Shown here: one piece after another, positions 1 to 11,200 of the stretch
How positions within the stretch are numbered: position 1 is the first letter of the stretch
How the letters are laid out: every line of letters starts with the position of its first letter
Assembly (NCBI GenBank): GCA_002633005.1
Contig: NMRA01000075.1
Span: 882,028-946,027, forward strand
From: Phoronis australis
Taxonomy: Eukaryota; Animalia; Phoronida
Reading direction: 5' to 3'
DNA length: 64,000 nucleotides
Notes under the pieces: generated by a model
The model's input: only the letters and a program-made list of their open reading frames with translations
Database searches by the model: none
Told to the model about the DNA's origin: nothing
Translations under genes and position numbers: made by a program

Positions 1-1738
1 AAGCTATTTCCTGCAAACACTTCCGGTCAGTTCATTGTGATGTTGACTTTGCACTGGCAACTACTTTACAAAAAGTTTGATTGGTCAAAAATTATGTATG
101 AATAGAAGAACGAAGAAAATCAGTCAACTCGGTCGTTGCTTTTGAAACAAGTTTCCTATTATTCAAGATACTGTATTGGATCGTTTGAACGCTGAATTCG
201 GCTGTTGATTTGTTTTGTGCATACGGGTCTAAATTACTGTAGCAACTCATATCAAAAGCCAATCCGTATAGTTTCGAAGAAAACGCATTCTGGTTACCGA
301 AGCCGTATTTTACGAAAATCTCACGAAAACGGAGTTGCAAAATTGCGTTTTCTGAGTAATTGTAAGCTTTTGAGTATGTATGCCTTGGTTTGTTCGTGCG
401 CTTGGATGATTTAATGTGCACACGCTATGCGTACAGTCCTATATTTTGATACGTATCATTAGAATGAATAAAAATTACCCTGTACCAATTTAGATTTTGA
501 TTTCAGTATACGAGAATTATTCAGATGTGTGGATGTCGCCATCTTGATGTCGATGGCGAGAAGTGTAACTTGCTCGCGACCGTAAGAGAAACATGGAATT
601 AGTTTATTTCTGTCATTTGTTTACTTTGGACATGCACAGTTACCTTGTGGGGAAACTTAAAGGAGAATGCCACTCAAAAAAACAAACTAGTTTGTATCAA
701 TTTAGATCGAGTAGTTCCGCTCGATAACAATAAGTACAGCTCTTTTACCTGACACCTGACGGCAGACGGAGGTGTCGTAATTATCCAATGACGTCAGAGG
801 TTCGAATACAGTCTGCTCAGCAGTTCACAACACGCTTACTGGTGTCAGCTCGGCTTGAATTCGTCGTTTTACACCAATAAATCATCAAAATTCGATCTAA
901 AACCCTTAAAACTACATCGAGTCATTGAAAAAACGTGTTATCTTAATTCGCTGTTACGGATTTTTGGGTATTTGAACGTGCCATAGCCTACAAATTTCGG
1001 TAGACCAATTTATCAAGGTCGGTCGCGGGAGTTTGGAGTCTGTTCGGTGGTGTGTTGAAATTATTCGTCCGTAAAATACAGACAGGAGAACATAGCTGTG
1101 TGTTGTAATTTTGGACTTGCGATTTTTTCAGTTCTCTAAACACCCAAAACGCTTGCTATCTCGGCCAGTGGCTTGGAACCCGATCAGGCCCATCGCGGCC
1201 GGACTGAAGACATCACGAACATAAACCAACCAAAATTGGAATCTAAACTTCCAGTCATGAAAAGACTATACTATTGAGCCAAAAGAAAAAGTGTGCACGT
1301 GGTTATTTTGGTGAATTACCAGCGAAACTGCAAATCTATTTACTAGCTCGTCGGGGGCCGCGAAGTCAGGTTCAGTACCCTTCCGCAGAACCGTCAGGGC
1401 AAAAGTTGTACAGTAACAATGATTCGAATAATTTATATGAATATCTAAACAAATATTCCCCTAACATCTGACCATAGGATATAAAATCGAGTTTTTGTTT
1501 CGCAACTGTTTTCTGTCAGCACTGAAACACGGCGCTCACACGGCCTCGGTGCCCGGTCAATAAGTTTATTGAATCTAACTCCAGTGATTCATTGCTGGCT
1601 TCTCAAAACATTTACACTCACGAACACTCCAAGGCAATACAAATTGTATCTAATGATGAGACAGACTTTGTTTCAGTTTTGTACAAGCATTGGTTAGGGT
1701 GAGAATAATTCATTTTGAAACAGAATGCACGATATTAA

Positions 1739-2150
1739 ATGTCAACGTGGCAACTCGCAATCCCGACTTAGACGAGTGCTCATCCGACGAAGAATTCACG
1801 TGTCGATCGTTAGGTTTCACAGGCTGTCAGTTCGAACCGGAATACACTGATCAAGAAATAATAGAGATGCTCCGTGAACGTGCACAGACAACGGAACATA
1901 CAGTATGGATAGTTCCGAAAACCGTTTGAATGATTTGTCATGGTGTCAGTGCACTGACCGCACGATAATGGAAACGACTGGGCGCTTGGGTTTGCTGCCA
2001 CGAAATTCAGCAAGTGAAACGTCTTCTTGGAGAAGGACAGATGTGACCATCCTGATTTTGCACCGCATCTAAACAGTGGTGTGCTTACGACGCTTTTGGG
2101 GGCTGACAAAAAGAACTTGCGAAAACATCCTACACCCAGAGGACCAAAGA
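1739..2150 (+). pseudogene. Frameshifted KolX / P2X7-ballast-like Cys-rich protein remnant inside the Kolobok
   Basis: Across frames it reads ...GCQFEPEYTDQEI..., then NRLNDLSWCQCTDRTIMETT, then VCCHEIQQVK, then DHPDFAPHLNSGVL. This matches the YxFEP / WCxCxxC-M / CCxE / HxxF..LN pattern of P2X7 C-terminal-like (nanor-like) proteins. Confidence 0.65.
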
Positions 2151-2309
2151 GAAGCCCGATGAACGATTCAATTACCAAACATGTTATATAAAACGTTATG
2201 TTCTCACGCCTTGAATTAATTGTAATTGTTTACGTTTTCATGGCCAACCACAATTCTACATAATCAAAAACTGATCAGAAACAGATCCGACGCAATGCAG
2301 GCCAATCTG

Positions 2310-2760
2310 ACAGACACGGAGAAGTTTCATGGCCGCACACTTGGTGTTAACGGCGTACTTTTCATGCGAGCACCCACGGGGGATGCTCGGGGGCTCGAAG
2401 GAGCCCCCCCCCCATTTGGTGAAGTGGGTGAAAAGGTCCGCCTCACAAAAACCAAAAACTCCGAGAAAACGAGGCAAAAGTCCACTAAAAGGCACAAACG
2501 CACAATTCACAACTGTGGACGTGGTACTCCGATTTTTTAGTCCTTTGGGATTTTTTTTGTTGATAAAACGTCCAGATCGTCGGAAATTCAAGCCCCCCTC
2601 CGATATTAAAGGCTGGTTGCGCGCAGGCATGCTTTTCATTCTTCACTACCGCGAGCCACTTCCGAAGCATTATGGGCTCTTGAGGAAATCGAAAAAATGA
2701 TTTACCCGCTTTCCTCGCAACTTCATAGTTCGTACAAGCGGGAACGATACACCACACCAT
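2310..2760 (-). pseudogene. THAP zinc-finger N-terminus of the Kolobok transposase, interrupted by a MITE; catalytic domain deleted
   Basis: MVWCIVPACTN...KSFFRFPQEPIMLRKWLAVVKNEK gives the THAP CxxxxC, FxFP and W motifs. Removing the 2363-2636 insert restores the frame: ...KNEKYAVNTKCAAMKLLRVC. Confidence 0.8.
2363..2631. mobile_element. MITE (CATGC...GCATG ends) nested in the THAP remnant
   Basis: CTTTT is duplicated at 2358-2362 and 2632-2636, the insert has internal G/C tracts, and its excision restores the THAP frame. Confidence 0.75.
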
Positions 2761-3840
2761 AGCGACACTCACTCTGCAGAAGAAGCACTAACGTCGCTGC
2801 GTCGTTTCTCACCTTCATCACAGGTTAACGAGACACTTTTCGGGGAAGTAAGATCGACCGTACACGAGGTGATGTGGATATAGACCAATTAAGACAGTAA
2901 AAAAACTTATTAAATCGGGTGGCATTCTCCTTTAAACGCCGCTGTCCATGGCGACTAGAATGAAGGTATACTGTTAACCACAAGCAAGTGAAACGTGTAG
3001 TAATTAATTTCATTGGCGTTTCAGAATGTTACTGCCAGCGATATGCAAACAAAAGACATTATAGTAAAACAAGTGAAAGGGACTCCTAAACTGGTAAGAA
3101 AGGCTTAAATGTTCTTTGTCTTTTAGTCGAGACAAACCTCTGTAACCTTTGCCAACCCTTGCGTTTTAAACGGTTAGTTGTTGAAAATGGGATGAAAATG
3201 GGATATTATATCACTTACAGTGTATTTAGTATCTAAATGAATAGTGGTTACCACCATTTTTCAGAAATGCGTTGCAGTAACTTCAGGGGTCCTTCTCAGT
3301 ATCGATAACAAGTCAAGCTCTACATCTCCTTCGGTCAGTGAAATAAAGGCTCCAATAGCCTTCTCTGACAGTTGTGAAAGTATTAGTGAATGATACGGCC
3401 GACCAAACGTTGCGTCGATAGGACAATGTAAAGTAACGCTCGTGTGTATATTTTGAATCGCACGTATTTAGTTTGGCCTCAGCGAATGACTGGAGAAGTG
3501 TCAGTGACAGAGTTATTAAATGTTATGTGATTTCTAGAAGTGGTAAAGTTTCATTAAATTGCAATGTTCGTAACTAAGTTACGATTTTGGTCGATGTTTA
3601 TGCAATCCAGATACAGTGTTAATTCCTTGAAATAACTTGACATAAAATCTAATTTAGCACTCTGTTTAGGATGCAGTTTGCTTTTTGGTTGTAACTGAGA
3701 GAAAATTTAGTGTTGTAAACTTGGGCGTGTCTTTGCCTTTCATTGTCTGTTAAAGACTTAACAGTTTGCAAATTGAACTGGACTGACTTCGACAGAGCTC
3801 TTAGGACTCCGTCCACCTGTCACGAACTTCTTTCTAGAAT

Positions 3841-4003
3841 TACTCACACGTGTCAGAATTTTACATGGATGTGAACCAACTGGTTAGGTGTAACCCACGT
3901 TACTCATAAATGTCAGAATCTTGCATGGATGTCAACCTACTGGTTAGGTGTACACCAAGTTACTCATACATATTAGAATCTTACATGGATTTCAACCACC
4001 CAA
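3841..4003. repeat. Tandem repeat, 60-bp unit, ~2.7 copies
   Basis: tactca...gtcagaat.ttacatggat..caacc recurs at 3841, 3901 and 3961. Confidence 0.85.
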
Positions 4004-4544
4004 CGTTAGTCCTGCTTCATTTATCAAAGGGTCACGAGAGGGAGTATGTATCAGGTTGTTCTAGATGTCAACACCAGGTGGAGCAGCTATTGGTCTTTAG
4101 ATAGCAGCACCTAACTAAATAACCGCATGGTCCACCATATACGATATAATGTCGTACAGTTTAAACGGATATCGAGTTAGTAAATCTTGGGATTGAGTGG
4201 ATTAAAATAGCTGTATTTATATTTGTCATTCCGCGAGAAATGAACGAGTTTGATTGACAATACAAAGTATACGAGGAGCCAACAACCATGTAAAATTATA
4301 AAATGAACACATGCTTACATAATTATAAAAATGTCATTTACAAAATAATGGAATTACTCCCATGTTATTTGTGGCAAGATTTTAAAATAGTCTTTGCAAG
4401 AAGAAATGCAGAACTGTATATACATTTGACAACTACAGAGTAAAAACAGTACTTAAAGAATTGAAGGATTTCTAATACAGCCGCTCAAATATTTAGCTAT
4501 GACTTAAAAACTCCGATTCAGCTAAGTGAAAGGTGAATCACAAC

Positions 4545-4945
4545 CTAGTCAACTGGCAATATAATACTCTGCCACCCTCGTCAACTGACAACATATTACC
4601 CTGCCACACTGACGTCAACTGACAGTATAATGCTTTGTCACCATCTTTAACTGACAGTACATTACTCAGTGACCCTCGTCAACTATCAACATAATACTGC
4701 ATCACCCTCGCCAACTGACAGTATAATACTGTGTCACTCTCGCCAACTGACAGTGGGATACTGCCTCACCTTCGTCAATTGACGGTATAATACTGGCATT
4801 ATTATACTTTGTCAACCTCGTCAACTGACAACACAATATTCTGTCACCCTCAACAACTTATAATACCATACTGTGTCGCCCTCACCAACTGACAGTATAA
4901 TACTGTGTCACCCTCGTCAAATGACACGATAATACCATCTGTGCC
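4545..4945. repeat. Minisatellite, ~31-34-bp unit (cgtcaactgacagtataatactgtgtcaccct), ~12 degenerate copies
   Basis: The unit is directly visible, downstream of the receptor stop codon. Confidence 0.9.
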
Positions 4946-5293
4946 ACCTTTCTCAACTTTCAAATCTGGATGAAGCTTAAAAATTTCTATGCTTCAGAAA
5001 TAAAATAACCGGTCGTGACAAGACAACGTATTAAGTCAGGCCTCATGAAATAACCAAATGTCAGTTCTTCCTAAGCAAATAAATAATGTTAAATATGAGT
5101 ACACTGTACATAAAAACGGACCGTTTGTTCAGATGTTGGTATAATGCACACCATGTTATATACCAGTGCTGATGCAATATGTCAGTGACCTCTGGCGACA
5201 TTCGAGATTGGGCACGTAGCATATATTAGGGACAAAAAGTGAAGTGCAATCGAGGGTGGGTGGTAAAATCATTTTGGACATGTACACTGAATA

Positions 5294-8200
5294 CTATAGT
5301 TCTGTAGCTAAGGTCAGGTTACGCGAATTTGCGTTCACTGCCTTATAGGTTACTTGGTCTGTCTTACAGTAAGGTATGTGTACACCTGGGTTGACAGAAG
5401 ACGTAATAACGGGTGGCGAATTTGGGCTTGGGGAATATCCACTGTCCGTGTCCGACTGGGCTCTCGTTCTATTCACTCCGTTGACACCAAAATTATGGAT
5501 AGTACTGGATGAAGTGTTTATAGAACTAAGCGATGTAATGCTGTTGGTACTAGGAGTTGAGTCGCACCTGTTGGTTCGCGATGGGTGTCGGCTACTGTTG
5601 CTTGTAAGCGAGTTATTCACGTCGTTCTCAGAAGACGACTGAGAGCTAGAAGATTGTCCCCGGAGTCTAGACGTACCCCTCAGGTAGTCCAGTACAACAT
5701 CTGCCGCTTGGTTGTGTTCGATGTCTTTTAAGTGAACAAACAATTTCCTCAGTAAATCCTCGGATGATTCTTTATAAAACTGACCTTGGAAAAATGTTAG
5801 AACAACCTTTGTGAAGCTGGACCTGCGCGACAGGATCCATTTCGTCTCTACGTAGTCAATTCCAATACTGTCGGCCAGTGAGACGCGAGCTCTTTCGTCT
5901 GGATCAAGTATCTTACAAAGTTCCATCACGAGGCGGCTTGGAATGGCGGCTTTACGGGGAATCATTTCCACTGGTTCCATGCCACGTGTTATAAGCATAT
6001 GCGATACGATGTCGGTGTTCTCAGAGTCAATGCATTTAAGCCAGTGCTTCGCTTGGAGTGCCTGTGAAACAAATGAAAAATAAAACACACAGGGTGACAT
6101 CAGAGACAAAAGTGTTTTTGAAGTTTTTGGAAGTGATTAGTTCTAACCTACTTTCAATTTTAATTGCACTAAATGTCTCTCTGTGACTGAAACGGGTTCG
6201 ACTAGTGTCCACTTCGGTCTACGAATCGACCTTTACGGCACAAGCAAGTCGGTAAAGCCTACCTCCACAAAAGTCTGATTTTGAAGTTGTTATCCTGTGA
6301 AACGAAAGCTCTGTTTTACCGAAAATGTCTAACGAGGTTCAAAGTTTTACCTTTACTTCCGTGCACCCCCACGTGGGATTCAACTTCCGTTTCTCGTGCG
6401 GTCGCTTTGATTGGAAGACTTTGACCAGACCCACGTTCACCGAAGTTGGTTTAATGGTGAATTCTACATGATCATATTGATTACTTAATATATGCTCCTC
6501 TGATAAAGCCTGAAGAAGACAAAGATTAGACAACAATAAACAACAACAAACAGTGTCCAGTGTACAGTATGTGGCTGTGCACAGCCGATTCACCTCTCAA
6601 TTGCACTGACGCCAGAGAGATAACTGAGAAACATATCTGATGAAGTAAACACTAAACTAGTCACATACCTTACGGCCATATTCTCGAATGGGAAATGCCC
6701 TAACATACCCTGATACTTTTTGTTTACATCATTTTTCTATGCTTTGCTATTTGCTACATGTACCTCGAAGGCTGTCTGTGATGTCCAGTACATTTCCAAA
6801 TTGGTCGTGTCCAACTTGAATCTCAGTGACCCTTGACCCTGGCGGAATATGAAGCTACACGGTGCTGTTGCCTGATTTCCGGGCTCTTTAATTATTATGT
6901 CCTGAAAAAACGTGGGCAATAAAAGTAACCAATGACATAATAAATAACGTGTACATGACTCGACTTCGGATTGTGTTTGGCGACCTGGGATGAAGCCATG
7001 GAGCTGCCACGTGCAGCGAGTTTCACATTCAGACAACAGCTTCCCGGAAGTTGTAGTAATGCGTATATTGAGTACGACGATTTCGACGTCAGTTTTGACT
7101 ACCTCAGTTTTCGTTTGACAACCTGGGATATTCGCCAAGTCGCATTTGGCGATTTGACGTCAAGGCAAGCATCGTAGTCTGCATGTATATAAAGTTCGTA
7201 TGAAAATCTAATATTAGCAATAAAGGCGATATATTCAAATGAAAGACGGGTTCAATTTATGAATAAATACGCAGTATGAACGGAAACTCACCGCCGTATT
7301 TTAAAAATCCCCAAATTCATTATGTAGTATCAGTCAAATTTAAATTCAATGATAGTATAGTTAGAATCGACTTACATCGATAATACCCTGAGTTGCTGCA
7401 TAGTAAACTCGCATTTTGATCATCTGCTCGCATGTTTCAACAAAACAGCAAAGACTAATTGTCATCGTAGCGGTCTTTGTCTTTTCCCTTGACGATCCGA
7501 TGGGTCTAAGTTTATTCTGAATTATCCGTTTTACTTTGACTAAAGCTCCCGTCTTTTTCTTTTCACTGCAAGAAGTGGAGGATTCGAGAGACGATGTACT
7601 CGAGCTTTTGCCTCTTGGCAGTGCCAACGTTTTTGGCCTGGCGCCTTTGTCTTGGTGCTTTGAGGAGTCTGGGCATGCGCATGCTCCACTAGAACTCGTG
7701 GTACCGCTGGAGTTTGATGAGTCGTTCGTGTTACCAGCCACTACCGTCGTGACGCTTGAGCCATCACTTTTGTCATCATCGAGTTCTGCATTTTCGTCAA
7801 TACTACCAGCGTCAGGCTCGATGCCTTCCTTGAGGACAAGTTTAACACGAGAAAAATGATCCAGAAAGAGACAAGCTCTGTTACCAACTAACGTGCACAT
7901 TGATTCATCGTAAGTCAGCTCACGCCACGGTTTGTCCGACTCCTGAACCATGGGTCTGTATTTCAGTGAACAGTTTTCATTTACGTCAGAGCAGTGTTCG
8001 AAGCACAACATCACGGGACAGTTAAATCGTGTTCCGTCTGGTCCGAGGTCAATTTCGGGCCCAAACGATATCTCCTTGGGCTTGTTCTGTTTGTGGGAAA
8101 CAACTGAAAAGTAAATGACTGTTTCTTTCTCGACGGCATGGGGCGGAATGATCAGCTCTACGGATCGATTTGGGAGCGAAAGTACACCTCCAGACGAACT

Positions 8201-11200
8201 AAATGAACCTATTGCAAACGACATCGTGGCGTACGTTCTCTTTGATCCGTCTTTGTTCCTGAACTTCGCTGGATTTTTCAGGAACGGTTCCATCAGTGCG
8301 GTCAAATTGGTTTCGGGAAACTCGAACTGTTCTTGTGAGAACGCGTGTGGTAATGTGGGGATATATAGCTTGCGTAAGGTAGCAGTCTTCTCTCGTCCAT
8401 ACATGCCTGGCTCCAAGGATCTCGTCTTCAACAACTCGACATTCCTTATGTCACTTCTGCTGTTCTTCAGTGAATCCGTACGCTCCAGACTTCGCACTGA
8501 AAAGTCATCGTTTAAACTACTAGATATGTTGGATCCCAGAGTCAGGCGACTTCCCGAGGGAATGTGTGTGGTACTCACGAAGCCGCTGTCTTGTGAGCTA
8601 GCGCTACTAAGAGCTTGGTTTTGTAAAAGTTTCCCTTCGGGACACGAATAACGCTTAGAAATATTATCAACTTGGTCGTTTATAGTTCGCCTGCTTCTTG
8701 GAACGTAAGAATTCACAGGGGCACTGACTATTGAGGAGACACCTGTCAATAATAATGGATCCATTCTGGCATTATTTAGTGACCCAATAGTGCTGCATGA
8801 AGCGCTCTCTTGTTCTTGGAGGTTTGTATAGTTTGTAGAAACGGTGCTTATTCTGTTAGACGGTTTTGGGTCTATGTTTTGATTCGGAGTGCTTGGGTCT
8901 TCGCTGTCCCGACGAAATGACTGTTGTCGCAGTATTGCCCTCTCCTGAAAATAACAGTGCAACGTAATGCATCAAGATCCGTACTGACTCATCCGTACTG
9001 CTCCAGTATGTAAGATCGGAATAAGACTAGGAACCAGGACTTGCACTACATGAGGCTAAAAACTGTTTTCCAGACAGACTTTTTTTGAAATTTGTTTAGA
9101 GTGAGGTCGGTGTTCCTACCTATAGCAAAAATTAGTTTAAATTGACTGGTTTGCATGAACTGGCTGATTGTGAATGCTGAATGATAAACGCAACTGTCAC
9201 GTGGACATACGTCTGCGTTTTTGTAAGGCTCTTGTAGCATTAGGCTTTGTTCTTATCCACATGAACGCTATCATTGGCGGAACAACGTGTTACTCAATGA
9301 TGGGCCGTTGGGGGAAAGTGTCGCCGGAAAAATATGAGCGTAATTGTGTACATTACGTCGTTATTTACGCCATTAATTACGCCGTAAAATTACGATCGTA
9401 ATTTAATTCTTCATGGCGTAAAATTACGCTCGTAATTTAGTTGAAACTCTTAGCCAATGACATTAGGTTTTACAATCCAAGATCGCGCGCGCTCATAGAA
9501 ATACTTATTTACAGGCGGGTTTCATGNATACTTATTTACTGACGGATTTCATGTCTACGATACGAGCGCTGAGTCATGGCCGATCAATTCGCTGCTGCCG
9601 TGTCAGCGATTGTGCAAGAACGAGCTGCCCAGCAACAGTCGTGTATGTTAGGTCATCACTGATTGGTTTAAATTTGGAACGTTCTTAAGGTATTTTACGA
9701 GCGTAATTTACGGCGACATTTACCCCATTTAATTTACGGGCGTAATTTTACCGCAACACTTTTGCAATTTAACTTACGCTCGTAATTACGAGCGTAATTT
9801 TACGGCGACACTTTCCCCTCAACGGCCCACCATACTACTCACCATCTTCCGTTTCTTATGAAACACGAATATGGCTGCGAGACCAACTGCTACTAACGCC
9901 ACACATGCTCCCACTACAGTGGCTACAACGTGAACAGTCGAGAATGGCGATTCTTTGGATGCGCTGGTTCCATTAGCTGTCTTGTCAGTGCGGGGAGAAT
10001 TCGGGTAGTTGGCATCTGTGTTAACCTTTTTGGGTTCATCGGTTTCGGCTTTCGTGACCAATTGAATGGGTAAGTTATCCTGCCTGGAGGCATTAGTACT
10101 TAAGTTCGTGTCTTTCTGCAAATCGACAGAGTTGTCACCGACGGAGCTCTGAAATGAAAATGGAAAATCCGTATTAGCGTATGTGGTTGTTATTCATTAC
10201 AAACGGTGGTCACGTGTAGGGATAAATCTTTGGTGATATGTGGAACATAATTTTCCCAACATTTCGCATTACCTATCTCACATGAAGCTCGTCGAAAGCC
10301 AAGATGAGAGGGTAGGCTAACTAATTAAAGACAAATCGACCAATAATCCCCACCACACCTATATGCTTGAATGGATGTAAAGTTTCATGTATGCAATATT
10401 AGTGCGAGAATTACATTATTATTTCTTGAAGAAGTTTTCCAAGGTAATTATTTTACGCAAATTATTCATTGTTCAGGACCAGATGTCTTGCGTGATCTTG
10501 CTTTTCTCCTAGAAAACTTGCTCGGCGGACCACAGATCTGATATTCAGTGATTTCATTTTTATTATTATTTTGCACTGCAATACCTCCACAAAAACTTAC
10601 GTTCTCACAGACAGCCCCATTTCGTAAACAACATGTACGCAAGTGCTGAAACAGATTGATTTGAACCCGAATTGATGAGAAATACTTGCGAGTTCATCGA
10701 CAAGAGGCTGGACCCTTCCCGCGGTACGGTAAAAATTGCCGAGACTAACAACCCGGCGGAAATGGCTGACATCCCCCCGTAAAGGCCGACACCACAGGTT
10801 AAGCGCCGACACTAAAGTTCGAAAGCGTGTGTTTGACAGGTTTTATCTCTTAGTGAGCAAAAAAAATCATACGAGTTAAAATGACAGCAAAACGAGATGA
10901 TAAGAAAATTTTCATAATATAAGGTTGGGCAAGTTTATCGTAGACTGTGAAAAAGCTTACTGGATAGCAATTTTGCTAAATTACGAAAACCATTTTTTTT
11001 TTTTAAATTTTATTAGATGCATGATTTCCGAACTAAACATATTTACGATAGCCTTAGTAGTATTTTCCGCCAGGTGTTACAGCTACATGTAGGTCGCTTG
11101 TACATAATATATGATTCTGTGTAACCAATATGTCGTTCTAAAGCATGAACAAAGATTCCTGAAGTACAATAATATGCATTTTTAATGTAATTTAAGTTAT

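Larger units (their letters stand above)
661..2931. mobile_element. Internally deleted Kolobok-superfamily DNA transposon
   Basis: TIRs AGGAGAATGCCACTC (661-675) and GGGTGGCATTCTCCT (2917-2931), 14/15 match, flanked by TTAA on both sides (657-660, 2932-2935). Purine-purine termini plus a TTAA TSD fit Kolobok, and the element holds convergent THAP and Cys-rich gene remnants. Confidence 0.85.

Noticed and set aside
4545-4945. ~33-bp periodic array resembling a CRISPR array (also 31590-32260)
   Set aside because: Units are head-to-tail and degenerate with no unique spacers, there are no cas genes, and the context is eukaryotic: these are minisatellites.
6669-6709. Possible 41-nt cassette exon (cag|...|gtatgt) in the receptor
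   Set aside because: It would shift the frame between two phase-0 exons that already join cleanly, and the flanking intron would be very short.
7041-7049. Perfect STAT site TTCCCGGAA, and scattered TGACGTCA sites
   Set aside because: Isolated 8-9-mers are expected by chance in 64 kb and there is no clustering outside the Polinton arms.
7536-8651. Plus-strand ORFs of 107 and 178 aa (also 5376-5642, 53043-53390, 63376-63720)
   Set aside because: They are antisense shadows of real coding exons or gag.
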